Source of the DNA: an uncultured Ignavibacteria bacterium
GTDB taxonomy: Bacteria; Bacteroidota; Ignavibacteria; Ignavibacteriales; Ignavibacteriaceae
NCBI GenBank assembly: GCA_963713505.1
Contig: CAVQMC010000001.1
Span: 29,171-93,170, forward strand
Reading direction: 5' to 3'
Length of the DNA stretch: 64,000 nt
Shown: piece by piece, positions 9,468-19,113 of the stretch
How positions within the stretch are numbered: the stretch's first letter is position 1
Layout of the letters: each line of letters starts with the position of its first letter
Program-made: the position numbers and the translations under genes
Notes under the pieces: model-generated
Told to the model about the DNA's origin: nothing
The model's database searches: none
The model's input: only the letters and a program-made list of their open reading frames with translations

Positions 9468-11415
9468 GTTTATCGTAATAAAGTTTTGGTTTATATATCT
9501 TATGTAAGCCTTCCAAATAATCATTTGCAAGTTTATTGCTTAAATACTCCTGATAAGCACCTGAAACTTCGGCTTTAGCTTCTTCAAATGATTTTATATG
9601 AGCCGGATCTTTTTTATTTAATTTTACAATTGCATATCCGCCTGGAACAGGAAATGGTTTTGAAAATCCTCCTTCGTTCAAACTATCGGCAATCTGGGCA
9701 GTTTTAGAATCTTTGACAACCAATAAACCATAATGGCCTGCTTTTTCTTTCATTCCAGGTTTTTCGGTATACAAAGTTGCAAGGGTATCAAAATTTTCGC
9801 CCTTCTGTAGAAGCGAATAATAATGATTAATTAAAGAATCATTTTTTGAGAATAATTCACTAACATCCACTCTGTCCGGCCATTGATATCTAGTTTTAGT
9901 GGTATCATAATAATCATGGAGTTTTGTGCTGTCAACTTTCAATTTACTCCATACCTCAGAATCTTGAAGCTTAAAGATATATATTCCATTTTTGTAATCA
10001 TCCATTAAGCTTGCAAATTCTTTATTAGTTTTATCAAGATCTAGTGCAGCTGCATTTAAAACATCGTCTCCGCTGAATTTATTTACAGCTTGTTCTAATA
10101 ATGCAGGAGTAATCATTTTATTTGCATAATCAGAATTGTTGGCCATTCTGTCCACAAATTTATCAGCCATAACACTATCTTTTGAATAAGTATACAAAAC
10201 TTTATCATTTAATTTTGTAACTCCATTTAACGGCATTCCCAATCTTAAAGAATCCAAATTCTTCTTCATATAGTCAAAAGTATTTTGAACCAAGTTATAA
10301 TTATATTGGTTCTTTAGACTGTCAATTAGATTATCATATTCCTTCTGATATCTGGTTTTTTGGAATATTTTTTTCAGTTCTTCTTTTTCTGCATCAAGAG
10401 GCGGATAATCCTGAATTCCTGTAAGTTTAATTATGTGGTAACCAAAAGGAGATTTTACAATTCCGGAAATATCGCCAACCTTTTTTAAATTAAAAGCAGC
10501 TTCATCAAATTCAGGGACCATTTGTCTTCTTGCAAAAAATCCAAGGTCTCCGCCTTTCTTTTTACTTCCAGGATCATCTGAATATTTTTCAGCAAGTTCA
10601 GCAAAGTTAGCACCATTTTGAAGTTTTTCCATAACAGAATCAATTTTTGCTTTAGCCGCTAAGCTGTCAATTTTTCCTTTACCGTTTGAAAAAGAAGCCA
10701 GAATATGGCTGACTCTTATTTTAGGAATTCTTTTTCTTTTTTCAGTTACTTTTATTATATGATATCCATAAGGAGATTTGACTACTTTGGGATAAACATG
10801 TCCCGGTGCTGTACTATAAACCGCATCCTCAAAAGCAGGAGGAACCTGTCCGGCAGTTATATAAAAAATATCTCCGCCTTTTGATTTACTGAATCTATCA
10901 TCGGAATATTTTTTAGCCATTTCTTCAAAACTGGCTCCGTTTTTAATACTGTCAAGAACTGCATTAGCTCTTTTTAAAGCACCTGCATCTCCGCTGGAAT
11001 CAGGACGAAACATAATATGACTTACCCTGAATTCCCATTTTCTTCTATTATATAATGAATCTATGCCGGGATCGACTAAATATTTTTCCAATATATAAGT
11101 AGCACCGACTTTTTCTTTATAATCATTTAATTCTTTAACAACTTCAGGATTTGTATCATATCCTCTTACGTAAGCATCCCTTAGTTTCATTTTGAATTTT
11201 ACATATAGATCAAGAAAGTTCTTTAATTTATCAAGACTATCTTTTTTTGCTTCTTCAACACCGCCGGCATTTTTAGCATAAGCGTTTTCAAAATCATGCA
11301 TGGTTATTTGACTGTTGTCGTACTCCGCAACAACAATATCCGCATGTTTAGGTGAGCAAGAACTTAATAGAAAAGTAAGAGTGAGCAAGAAAAGAGATGC
11401 AATGTAAAATCGCAT
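9442..11415 (-). CDS. PpiD/PrsA-like lipoprotein chaperone with two parvulin PPIase domains
   Basis: Lipobox LLSSC. Two parvulin domains (VSHIMF...GGDIFY...GYHIIKV and VSHILA...GGDLGFF...GYHIIKL), plus a third degenerate one near the C-terminus. Confidence 0.8.
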   Translation of the reverse strand: MRFYIASLFLLTLTFLLSSCSPKHADIVVAEYDNSQITMHDFENAYAKNAGGVEEAKKDSLDKLKNFLDLYVKFKMKLRDAYVRGYDTNPEVVKELNDYKEKVGATYILEKYLVDPGIDSLYNRRKWEFRVSHIMFRPDSSGDAGALKRANAVLDSIKNGASFEEMAKKYSDDRFSKSKGGDIFYITAGQVPPAFEDAVYSTAPGHVYPKVVKSPYGYHIIKVTEKRKRIPKIRVSHILASFSNGKGKIDSLAAKAKIDSVMEKLQNGANFAELAEKYSDDPGSKKKGGDLGFFARRQMVPEFDEAAFNLKKVGDISGIVKSPFGYHIIKLTGIQDYPPLDAEKEELKKIFQKTRYQKEYDNLIDSLKNQYNYNLVQNTFDYMKKNLDSLRLGMPLNGVTKLNDKVLYTYSKDSVMADKFVDRMANNSDYANKMITPALLEQAVNKFSGDDVLNAAALDLDKTNKEFASLMDDYKNGIYIFKLQDSEVWSKLKVDSTKLHDYYDTTKTRYQWPDRVDVSELFSKNDSLINHYYSLLQKGENFDTLATLYTEKPGMKEKAGHYGLLVVKDSKTAQIADSLNEGGFSKPFPVPGGYAIVKLNKKDPAHIKSFEEAKAEVSGAYQEYLSNKLANDYLEGLHKIYKPKLYYDKLEEAFKKD

Positions 11416-11529
11416 GAAAGTGTTCTCCTTTTTATGACATAATTTAGCAAATTTAAGCGAGTATTTTACTTATAGACGCCTTGAAAATCAAGGTAATTTA
11501 GGAATATTAATTTGCCCCTTAGATAAAGA

Positions 11530-11568
11530 AAAGAGCATTCTTACGTTAATTCAATAAGAATGCTCTTT
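11530..11568 (-). terminator. rho-independent-type hairpin downstream of the subtilase gene
   Basis: A 14-bp perfect stem (AAAGAGCATTCTTA / TAAGAATGCTCTTT) with an 11-nt loop, followed by a T-rich stretch on the minus strand. Confidence 0.6.
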
Positions 11569-11592
11569 TATTAAATAATATTAATCAAATAT

Positions 11593-13611
11593 TTACTTTG
11601 TTAAAGTAATTTTTATTACCTGCTGATAGCTTTCGGCTCTTAATTGTACAAAGTAAACACCGCTGCTTAAATTGTTTGCATTTAGAACAATATTGTTTAA
11701 ACCTGCAGAAACTTCGCCATCTAAAAGAGTTTTTACTTTACTTCCAAGAATATTAAATAAAGTTATTTTTACTTTAGAAGGATGCGGAACAGAAAATTGA
11801 ATTGTTGTAGATGGATTAAACGGATTTGGATAATTTTGGTATAAATGAAAATTTTCCGGTGCTTGAACTTCAACTTTTATTTCTTTACTCAGTTCAACAT
11901 TTCCGTTTACATCAACTTGTTTAAGTCTATAATAATAAGTTCCAATACTTATATTTTTATCTGTGTATGAATATTCATGAGAATTAGTAGAAGTTCCATT
12001 TCCCTGTACAAAGCCAACTGTTTTATAACCCGAATTTTCAAATTTTCTCTGAATCTCGAATCCATAATTATTTGTTTCCGTTGCAGTTTGCCAATTTAAT
12101 TCAACTTTGTTATCCAAATAATTTGCAGAAAACGAGGTTAATTCAACAGGAAGAGGATAATAATAAGCGGCGTCATAAGCATTCAAAATTCCCCAGCCCA
12201 TTAAATTATTAGGGTTGCTTGCATTGGAAGCAGTATTTCTCATCGCTTCCCTAACCTGCATTGGTGTTAAACTAGGATTTACATTTAATATTAGCGCTGC
12301 GACTCCTGCGGCTAGGGGACAACTAAAAGAAGTTCCGGAGCTGTAAGTAAATCCAGTTGAAGAGTATGGACTGGCAACATAATCAAAATCTCCCATTGCC
12401 ATAACATCGGGTTTAATTCTACCGTCAACCGTTGGCCCTACACTGCTGAAACCTGCTCTGGAACCATCACTTGAAACAGCTCCGATAGTTATAACACTAT
12501 CACCATCGGCAGGCGCACCTAAAGTATTATGTGAAGAATTATAACCGTCATTGCCGGCTGAATTAACGACCACAATTCCAAGTCCAGCAGCAAGATCTGC
12601 AGCAATTGTAATTCTGGCAGTATTTCCATCCATATCCATCCAGGTATAGCTTGGGTATGGAGGATCATATACTAAATAATCTAAAGATGTAGTAGTAACA
12701 TCAACACCTATGCTGTCTGCCCATTCCATTGCCGCAATCCAGTTATCCTCTTCAATCGGTGTTTCGCTATCTGTATTTTCTGTTTTAGTAAGAATGAAAT
12801 TTGCGCCGAAAGCAGGCCCAATTAATTCTCCATTATCGAATCCGCCGATTGTTGATAATGTTTCGGTTCCGTGTGAACCATTTCCCATATCACCTTGATC
12901 TCCAACATTAGGATCATTATTTACAAAATCCCAAGTTGCAATAATATTCATTGAATCAAAACAAACATGAGCTAAATTATTAAAACCGGCATCCATAGAA
13001 CAGATAGTAATTCCTTGAGCATGATAACCTAAATCGTGAAGTGCAGGGACATTTATTTGCTGCATTTGTGTTAATGAAGAACCGTAATTATAATTATAAT
13101 CTGTTTTGTTTAATTGAGTTCTTTTTGTTCCAGGGGGCAATTGTTTATTATCATTTTCTCTTTGGAAAGTATAATCCTTTTTCAGCTTATAAACCATATC
13201 AACTTTTTTAACAGAATTCATATCTGCTAATTCTGTAATTTGGGATTTATTAATCCAGCCGCTAATTCCATTAAACCATCTTGAAACATGTTTTAGTTTA
13301 AATCCTTTAGCTATAGTTTCTTTTATATAGTCTTTATAAACAGGAAGATCAGTATATTTTAAAAGGTGATTCTGCGGAAGATATTTTGCTCTTCTGTTTA
13401 AAGATCTTTGACTTACAACTTCCTTAGGAGAATTGTAATAAGCATTTATATCGGGTCCCTTATCCTTAAAGAATACCCATACCAAAACTTGAGAATTATT
13501 TGGTACTGTTTCTAACTTCATCTGTAAGGCATCAGTCACCTTTTCCAATGGACTTTGTGCAAAAATAGAAATAGATGCCGTCAGTGCAATCAAAAGTAAA
13601 AGCTTCTTCAT
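11593..13611 (-). CDS. S8-family subtilisin-like serine peptidase with T9SS C-terminal sorting domain
   Basis: Signal peptide and catalytic motifs (D in SMDAGF, H in GSHGTE, S in SGTSFSCP). C-terminal NYPNPFNPSTTIQF...GVYFVQL matches the Por/T9SS secretion tail. Confidence 0.85.
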   Translation of the reverse strand: MKKLLLLIALTASISIFAQSPLEKVTDALQMKLETVPNNSQVLVWVFFKDKGPDINAYYNSPKEVVSQRSLNRRAKYLPQNHLLKYTDLPVYKDYIKETIAKGFKLKHVSRWFNGISGWINKSQITELADMNSVKKVDMVYKLKKDYTFQRENDNKQLPPGTKRTQLNKTDYNYNYGSSLTQMQQINVPALHDLGYHAQGITICSMDAGFNNLAHVCFDSMNIIATWDFVNNDPNVGDQGDMGNGSHGTETLSTIGGFDNGELIGPAFGANFILTKTENTDSETPIEEDNWIAAMEWADSIGVDVTTTSLDYLVYDPPYPSYTWMDMDGNTARITIAADLAAGLGIVVVNSAGNDGYNSSHNTLGAPADGDSVITIGAVSSDGSRAGFSSVGPTVDGRIKPDVMAMGDFDYVASPYSSTGFTYSSGTSFSCPLAAGVAALILNVNPSLTPMQVREAMRNTASNASNPNNLMGWGILNAYDAAYYYPLPVELTSFSANYLDNKVELNWQTATETNNYGFEIQRKFENSGYKTVGFVQGNGTSTNSHEYSYTDKNISIGTYYYRLKQVDVNGNVELSKEIKVEVQAPENFHLYQNYPNPFNPSTTIQFSVPHPSKVKITLFNILGSKVKTLLDGEVSAGLNNIVLNANNLSSGVYFVQLRAESYQQVIKITLTK

Positions 13612-13642
13612 CAGTTGCCTCTATATTTATTTTAAAGTTTAA

Positions 13643-15685
13643 TTATTTTGCTCTTGTACCGTTTTTAACCGAATTATTAACCGTTATGATTTCCAGTCCG
13701 TCTTCACCATTATCTACCGCAAGAAGCATACCTTGCGATTCTTGCCCCATTAATTTAGCAGGTTTCAAATTTGCAACAATGATAATTTTTTTACCAATTA
13801 TTTCCTCAGGCTTATAGCTTTTTGCAATTCCTGCAATTATTTGGCGCTCTTCTTTATCTAATTTAACTTTTAATTTAAGTAATTTTTCACTCTTTTTTAT
13901 ATTTTCTGCAGAAATAATTTCACCAGTTTTTAGTTGCACTTTCATAAAATCATCATAAGAAATCAACTCGTTTTCGGTAATTTCTTCTGATTTATCATTT
14001 TCACCTAACTTTTCCATTTGTTTGTTGATAATTTCATCTTCTATTTTTTGAAATAAAATTTCCGGTTTATTAAGTTGATGACCTTCTTTCAAGTTTTCAT
14101 TTGTACAATTATTCCAGATTGTTTTCTCTGCATTCAGCATTTTAAATAATTTATCCATAGAAAAAGGGACAACAGGATGAAATAATTCCGCCAATGTATA
14201 AATTGTATTTAAGCAGATGTTTAAAGTAGTTCCGCATTTTTCTTTATCTGTTTTTATTGATTTCCACGGTTCCGAATCATTAAAATATTTATTCCCTGCT
14301 CTGGCTAAATTCATTATTTCCAAAACACCGTCTTTAATTTTATAGCATTCAAATAAAGTAGAAATTTTTTCAGGATATTCCGAAACTCTTTCAATCATTT
14401 CTTTATCAATTGCTTCCAGTTTACTACGAGCAGGAACTTTACCGTCAAAATGTTTATGAACAAAAGTAAAAGTACGATTTATAAAATTTCCAAAAATATC
14501 TGCAAGTTCACTATTATTGCGTGCTTGGAATTCTTTCCAATAAAAATCAGTATCTCTATTTTCGGGTAAATTAGCTGCTAAAGTATATCTTAAAGGATCA
14601 GCAGGAAATAATTTTAAGAAATCAATAACATCAATTCCCCAGTTTCTGCTTTTCGAAAATTTCTTCCCTTCGAAATTTAAGAATTCGTTTGCCGGCACAT
14701 TTTGAGGAAGAATATATTTTTCTCTATCTCCGTCGTTCCAGGCCATCAGCATTGAAGGAAATATTATACAATGGAAAACAACATTATCTTTTCCGATAAA
14801 AGCTATATACTTTGTATTTTCTCCCTGCCAGTATTCTTTCCACAGATCTTTTTTGCCAAGCTTTTCCGATAATTTTTTAGTAGCAGAAATGTAACCGAGT
14901 ACTGCTTCAAACCAGACATAAATTACTTTTCCTTTAGCATCGTCAATTGGAACTGGAACTCCCCAATCTAAATCTCTTGTAACTGCCCTGTCCTGCAGAC
15001 CGTCTTTAAACCAGCCTTTGCAGTAATTTAGAACATTATCTTTCCACCCGTAAGTTTTATTCATAACATCAATATATTCTTCAAGTCTTTTTTGATAATT
15101 GCCTAAAGGGAAATACCAATGGGTTGTTTCTTTAAGCACCGGTGTTTCACCCGAGATTTTACTTTTGGGTTTCATTAATTCACTTGGCTCATACAAACTA
15201 CCGCAGTTTTCGCATTCATCACTTCTTGCTTCTTCGTAACCGCAAACCGGACAAGTTCCTTCAACATATCTGTCCGGAAGGAACATCTTAACTTTTTCAT
15301 CAAAAAACTGGCTCGTCTTTTTTTCCTTCAGCAAGCCTCTGTTGTAAAATTCAAGAAAAAATTCTTTTGAAGTTTCATAGTGTTCGGGAAGAGTTGTCCT
15401 CGAATAAATATCGAAACTCATCCCGAATTTTTCAAAAGCATCTTTATTTATTTTATGATATCTGTCGACTATAACTTTTGGACTTACACCTTCCTTATCG
15501 GCACTAATTGTAATAGGAACTCCGTGCTCATCAGAACCGCAAATAAAAATAATATCGTCTTCTTTTAATCTTTTAAATCTTACATAAATATCCGCCGGTA
15601 AATACGCACCGCTCAAATGCCCAAGATGAATTGGTCCGTTTGCATAAGGAAGAGCGGCAGTAACAATTATCTTTTCTTTTTCCAA
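13643..15685 (-). CDS. metG: methionine--tRNA ligase with C-terminal tRNA-binding (Trbp111/EMAP-like) domain
   Basis: HLGH signature (PIHLGHLSG), Zn knuckle CPVCGYEEARSDECENCG, and a KMSKS variant KFSKS. TTG start at 15685. Confidence 0.95.
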   Translation of the reverse strand: MEKEKIIVTAALPYANGPIHLGHLSGAYLPADIYVRFKRLKEDDIIFICGSDEHGVPITISADKEGVSPKVIVDRYHKINKDAFEKFGMSFDIYSRTTLPEHYETSKEFFLEFYNRGLLKEKKTSQFFDEKVKMFLPDRYVEGTCPVCGYEEARSDECENCGSLYEPSELMKPKSKISGETPVLKETTHWYFPLGNYQKRLEEYIDVMNKTYGWKDNVLNYCKGWFKDGLQDRAVTRDLDWGVPVPIDDAKGKVIYVWFEAVLGYISATKKLSEKLGKKDLWKEYWQGENTKYIAFIGKDNVVFHCIIFPSMLMAWNDGDREKYILPQNVPANEFLNFEGKKFSKSRNWGIDVIDFLKLFPADPLRYTLAANLPENRDTDFYWKEFQARNNSELADIFGNFINRTFTFVHKHFDGKVPARSKLEAIDKEMIERVSEYPEKISTLFECYKIKDGVLEIMNLARAGNKYFNDSEPWKSIKTDKEKCGTTLNICLNTIYTLAELFHPVVPFSMDKLFKMLNAEKTIWNNCTNENLKEGHQLNKPEILFQKIEDEIINKQMEKLGENDKSEEITENELISYDDFMKVQLKTGEIISAENIKKSEKLLKLKVKLDKEERQIIAGIAKSYKPEEIIGKKIIIVANLKPAKLMGQESQGMLLAVDNGEDGLEIITVNNSVKNGTRAK

Positions 15686-15928
15686 ATTAAAACCAAAGAA
15701 TATTAATTAATAGCTTTTAATATAAGCATTTTTTCATTTCTAAATAATTTCTATCGTCATATCGATAATATTATCAGCATATTTTCTATAAAATGTAAAA
15801 AAATTAAATTTACTTTTGCGATGAATTAAGGTATTTTTGAATATTGAAATTTGTTCATTGTACAAGGGGTTTGTTGATAGAGTAAAATTAAAGTTTTACA
15901 AATCCCGCTTAAAAAAGGAGAAATAAAA

Positions 15929-17140
15929 TTGAAAAATTCTAAAAAATTCGATATGGATACAAAATGTGTTCATTCAGGCATTGGTGAATATGAATACGGG
16001 GCAGTTGTTCCTCCAATTTATCAAACATCAACTTTTAAATTTGAATCAGCGCAGCACGGAGCGGCCTTATTTTCCGGAAGCGAAAAAGGATATATTTATA
16101 CAAGGATGCTGAATCCAACAGTAGAAGCACTTGAAAATTGCATTGCAGATTTGGAAGGCGGACATAAAGCACTTGGCTGCGGAAGCGGAATGGCAGCAGT
16201 TCATACTGTTTTTGCAAGTTTACTCAGTACCGGTGACCATATAATTTGCTCAACATCTGTTTACGGTCCAACAATTACTCTTCTTAATACAATCATGAAA
16301 AAGTTTGGAGTTGAAGCAACTTTCGTTGATACTTCTGATCTTAACAAGATTAAAGAAGCAATAAAACAAAATACAAAAGTTATCTATATTGAAACACCAG
16401 GCAATCCTACTTTATCAGTAACCGATATTGAAGGTACGTCAAAAATTGCAAAAGATAAAAATATTAAAGTAGTTGTTGATAATACTTTTATGAGTCCGGC
16501 ATTGCAAAATCCTCTTAAACTTGGTGCCGATGTTGTGCTTCATAGTTTAACTAAATTTTTAAATGGTCATGCTGATGTTGTCGGCGGAGTTGTTGTAGTT
16601 AAAGATGAAGAAACATATCAGCAATTCAGAAAAGTTCTAAATCAAACCGGCGGTGTAATAGATCCTTTTAATTCTTTCTTAGTTCATAGAGGTATTAAGA
16701 CTCTTGCAATAAGAATGGAAAAACACTGCAGCAGTTCTCAAGTTATAGCAGAATATTTGGAAAAACATCCATTAATTAAATGGGTTAGTTTTCCGGGATT
16801 AAAAAGCCATCCGCAGTATGAACTTGCTAAAAAACAGCAGAAAGGACCTGGCGGAATGATAACATTTGAACTTGACGGCGGAATTGAAGCCGGACGAGTT
16901 ATGATGAATTCCGTTAAACTTTGCCAGCTTGCAGTAAGTTTAGGCGGAGTTGAGTCCTTAATTCAGCACCCTGCAAGTATGACTCATTTTTCTATGGGAA
17001 AAGAAGCAAGAGAAGCTGCAGGAATTTCAGACGGATTAATAAGACTTTCCGTCGGAATTGAAAATGTAAATGATATAATTGCAGATCTTGAAGAAGCACT
17101 TGAAGAAGTTAAAAAACTTCAGGTTGCACATACTAATTAA
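15929..17140 (+). CDS. Cys/Met-metabolism PLP-dependent enzyme, methionine gamma-lyase-like
   Basis: PLP-lysine motif SLTKFLNGHADVVGG and full-length trans-sulfuration family pattern. TTG start 7 nt after AAGGAG. Confidence 0.85.
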   Translation: MKNSKKFDMDTKCVHSGIGEYEYGAVVPPIYQTSTFKFESAQHGAALFSGSEKGYIYTRMLNPTVEALENCIADLEGGHKALGCGSGMAAVHTVFASLLSTGDHIICSTSVYGPTITLLNTIMKKFGVEATFVDTSDLNKIKEAIKQNTKVIYIETPGNPTLSVTDIEGTSKIAKDKNIKVVVDNTFMSPALQNPLKLGADVVLHSLTKFLNGHADVVGGVVVVKDEETYQQFRKVLNQTGGVIDPFNSFLVHRGIKTLAIRMEKHCSSSQVIAEYLEKHPLIKWVSFPGLKSHPQYELAKKQQKGPGGMITFELDGGIEAGRVMMNSVKLCQLAVSLGGVESLIQHPASMTHFSMGKEAREAAGISDGLIRLSVGIENVNDIIADLEEALEEVKKLQVAHTN

Positions 17141-17156
17141 AATTCTAAATAAATAG

Positions 17157-17186
17157 GGGAAAAGAAATTTGTCTTTTCCCTTATTT
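17157..17186 (+). terminator. rho-independent terminator after the gamma-lyase gene
   Basis: Stem GGGAAAAGA / TCTTTTCCC with a 6-nt loop, followed by TTATTT. Confidence 0.65.
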
Positions 17187-17219
17187 ACCGATTATTACCC
17201 CATACTCACCGATTATTAC
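17187..17219 (+). promoter_or_regulatory. pair of perfect 12-bp direct repeats (ACCGATTATTAC), candidate LytTR operator
   Basis: ACCGATTATTAC occurs at 17187..17198 and 17208..17219, 21 bp start to start. It lies about 65 bp upstream of the first gene of the LiaF-like/kinase/LytTR operon. Confidence 0.4.
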
Positions 17220-17284
17220 TACAAAGAATAGTTTATCCCTTTTATTTTTAGACCGGTAATTTAATTACACAAAGGAATATCAAA

Positions 17285-18016
17285 ATGATTGAAAATAAAA
17301 CAAGAAAAAGCTCCTCTTCCAGGAATTTATTAGGCGTTCTTCTAGTACTGATTGGAGGAATAGTATTACTAAATAATTTAGACTTAATTGATTTTTCAAT
17401 TTCTCATGTAATCTTTTCAGGTCCAATGATTTTAATTGTTCTGGGAATTATATTTTTAATTAATTCACGGAATAAATTTGTCGGTACTCTGCTATTAATT
17501 TTGGGCATTATTTTTCTCGTCCCAAGAATTTTTCCTTGGATTCATTTTAACTTCAGTATAATCTTTCCGATTATCATTATTGCTTTGGGCCTTTATGTTT
17601 TATTCAGAAGGAACAGATTAAGTTCAGATTCATCAGATTGGCTACACCACAAAAAAGGAGAAAAAATTGAAATGGATTTTTTGAATGAAGTTGCTGTTTT
17701 CGGCGGCGGTGAAAAAATTATTAATTCCGACAACTTTAAGGGCGGAAATATTACAGCGATATTTGGAGGGTCGGAAATAGATCTTACTAATTGTAAATTG
17801 GCACCGGGACAGAATGTTATTGACATAATTGCTGTGTTCGGCGGGACAACACTTATAGTACCGAAAGAATGGAATGTCGTTGTAGATGTTTTACCTATAT
17901 TCGGCGGATTTTCTACAAAAGGGAAAAGATTTCCAACTCCTGAAACTGAAATGGAAAAAACTTTAATTATTAAAGGAACCGTAATATTCGGCGGCGGCGA
18001 AATAAAATCTTTTTAA
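17285..18016 (+). CDS. LiaF-like (DUF2154-type) membrane protein
   Basis: N-terminal TM helices, then five repeats of a hydrophobic-FGG motif (VFGGGE, IFGGSE, VFGGTT, IFGGFS, IFGGGE) as in cell-wall-stress LiaF/YvqF C-terminal domains. Confidence 0.6.
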   Translation: MIENKTRKSSSSRNLLGVLLVLIGGIVLLNNLDLIDFSISHVIFSGPMILIVLGIIFLINSRNKFVGTLLLILGIIFLVPRIFPWIHFNFSIIFPIIIIALGLYVLFRRNRLSSDSSDWLHHKKGEKIEMDFLNEVAVFGGGEKIINSDNFKGGNITAIFGGSEIDLTNCKLAPGQNVIDIIAVFGGTTLIVPKEWNVVVDVLPIFGGFSTKGKRFPTPETEMEKTLIIKGTVIFGGGEIKSF

Positions 18017-19075
18017 TGCTTTATGAGCAAGTAATCCTTTATTAAAAGAAATAAAAAATTTTTATATATACCTGGTTTTCTGGCTGGTTATTATTATAAT
18101 TTATGTGTTGCTGATAAGTATTAACACTACTTTAAATTTTGATATTATTTTAGCAGATGGAATAATTTTTAACGGATTGCTTGCCGGTTTTTGTTTAAGC
18201 TATTGGTATTCAATTCGATATAATCCATTTCGATAGCAAAAATATATTAAAAACTTTAGCTAAACATTTAATCGGCGGAATATTTATAACTGCCGTTTGG
18301 CTTTTACTTGGTTATTATATAATTAAATCTGTTTTTAAGATCACCGGTAAGTTATAACATACTTTTCTTTAATACACTTGCCTGGAGATTTTTGATTGGA
18401 ATTCTTTTTTATTTTTTAACAATTACATTTTATTATGTTGTTGTTTATTATACCGATCTTCAAGAAAGAACTTCAAGAGAAGCAGAATTAAGAAACCTTG
18501 TTACTCAAGCAGAGTTAAAGTCTTTAAAATTTCAAATCAATCCTCATTTTATTTTTAATAGTTTGAATTCGATGAGTTCGTTGACAATCATTGATCCTGA
18601 TAAATCCAGAAGCATGATTCTAAAACTTGCGGATTTTTTAAGATATTCACTTGCAAACAGTGAAAAGCAAATGAATATGCTGAGCGAAGAATTAAAAAAT
18701 ATCAACTTATATTTAGACATTGAAAAGATAAGATTTGAAGATAAATTTGAATATATTGAAAATGTTGAAAAAGAATGTTTAGAAGTTCAAGTTCCGAACC
18801 TTATTTTACAGCCGTTATTTGAAAATGCAATTAAACATGCTGTGTATGAAACATTAGGAAAAGTTACTTTAAAATTGAATGCGGCAATTGAAAAAGATTT
18901 CCTTCATATAATTTTAGAAAATAATTTTGACCCGGATTCATCAAGTAAAAAAGGAACTGGAATCGGTTTGAAAAATATTGAGAACCGTTTAGAACTAATT
19001 TATAATCAAAAAAATCTTATAAAATTTGTAAAAGAAGAAAATCAATTTAAAGTTGAACTTTATATTCCTGCTTAA
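18016..19075 (+). pseudogene. LytS/YehU-type sensor histidine kinase, N-terminal membrane part broken by about three frame disruptions
   Basis: The intact C-terminal part (18392..19075) has the His_kinase motif QINPHFIFNSLNSM plus an HATPase region (LILQPLFENAIKHA, GTGIGLKNI). The ATG at 18016 overlaps the upstream stop (TAATG). TM-encoding sequence continues in three different frames: a stop near 18043, a TAG at 18234, and a TAA at 18353..18355. Confidence 0.7.
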
Positions 19076-19113
19076 AAAGAATTATATTCCAGAAAAGAAA
19101 TTTAATCATTAGA

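Noticed and set aside
9192-9530. N-terminal extension MQMIIWKAYIRYINQNFITIN.. of the lipoprotein ORF
   Set aside because: The extension lies inside the 3' end of the upstream PPIase gene. A TTG at 9467 yields a canonical lipoprotein signal peptide, so the shorter start is preferred.
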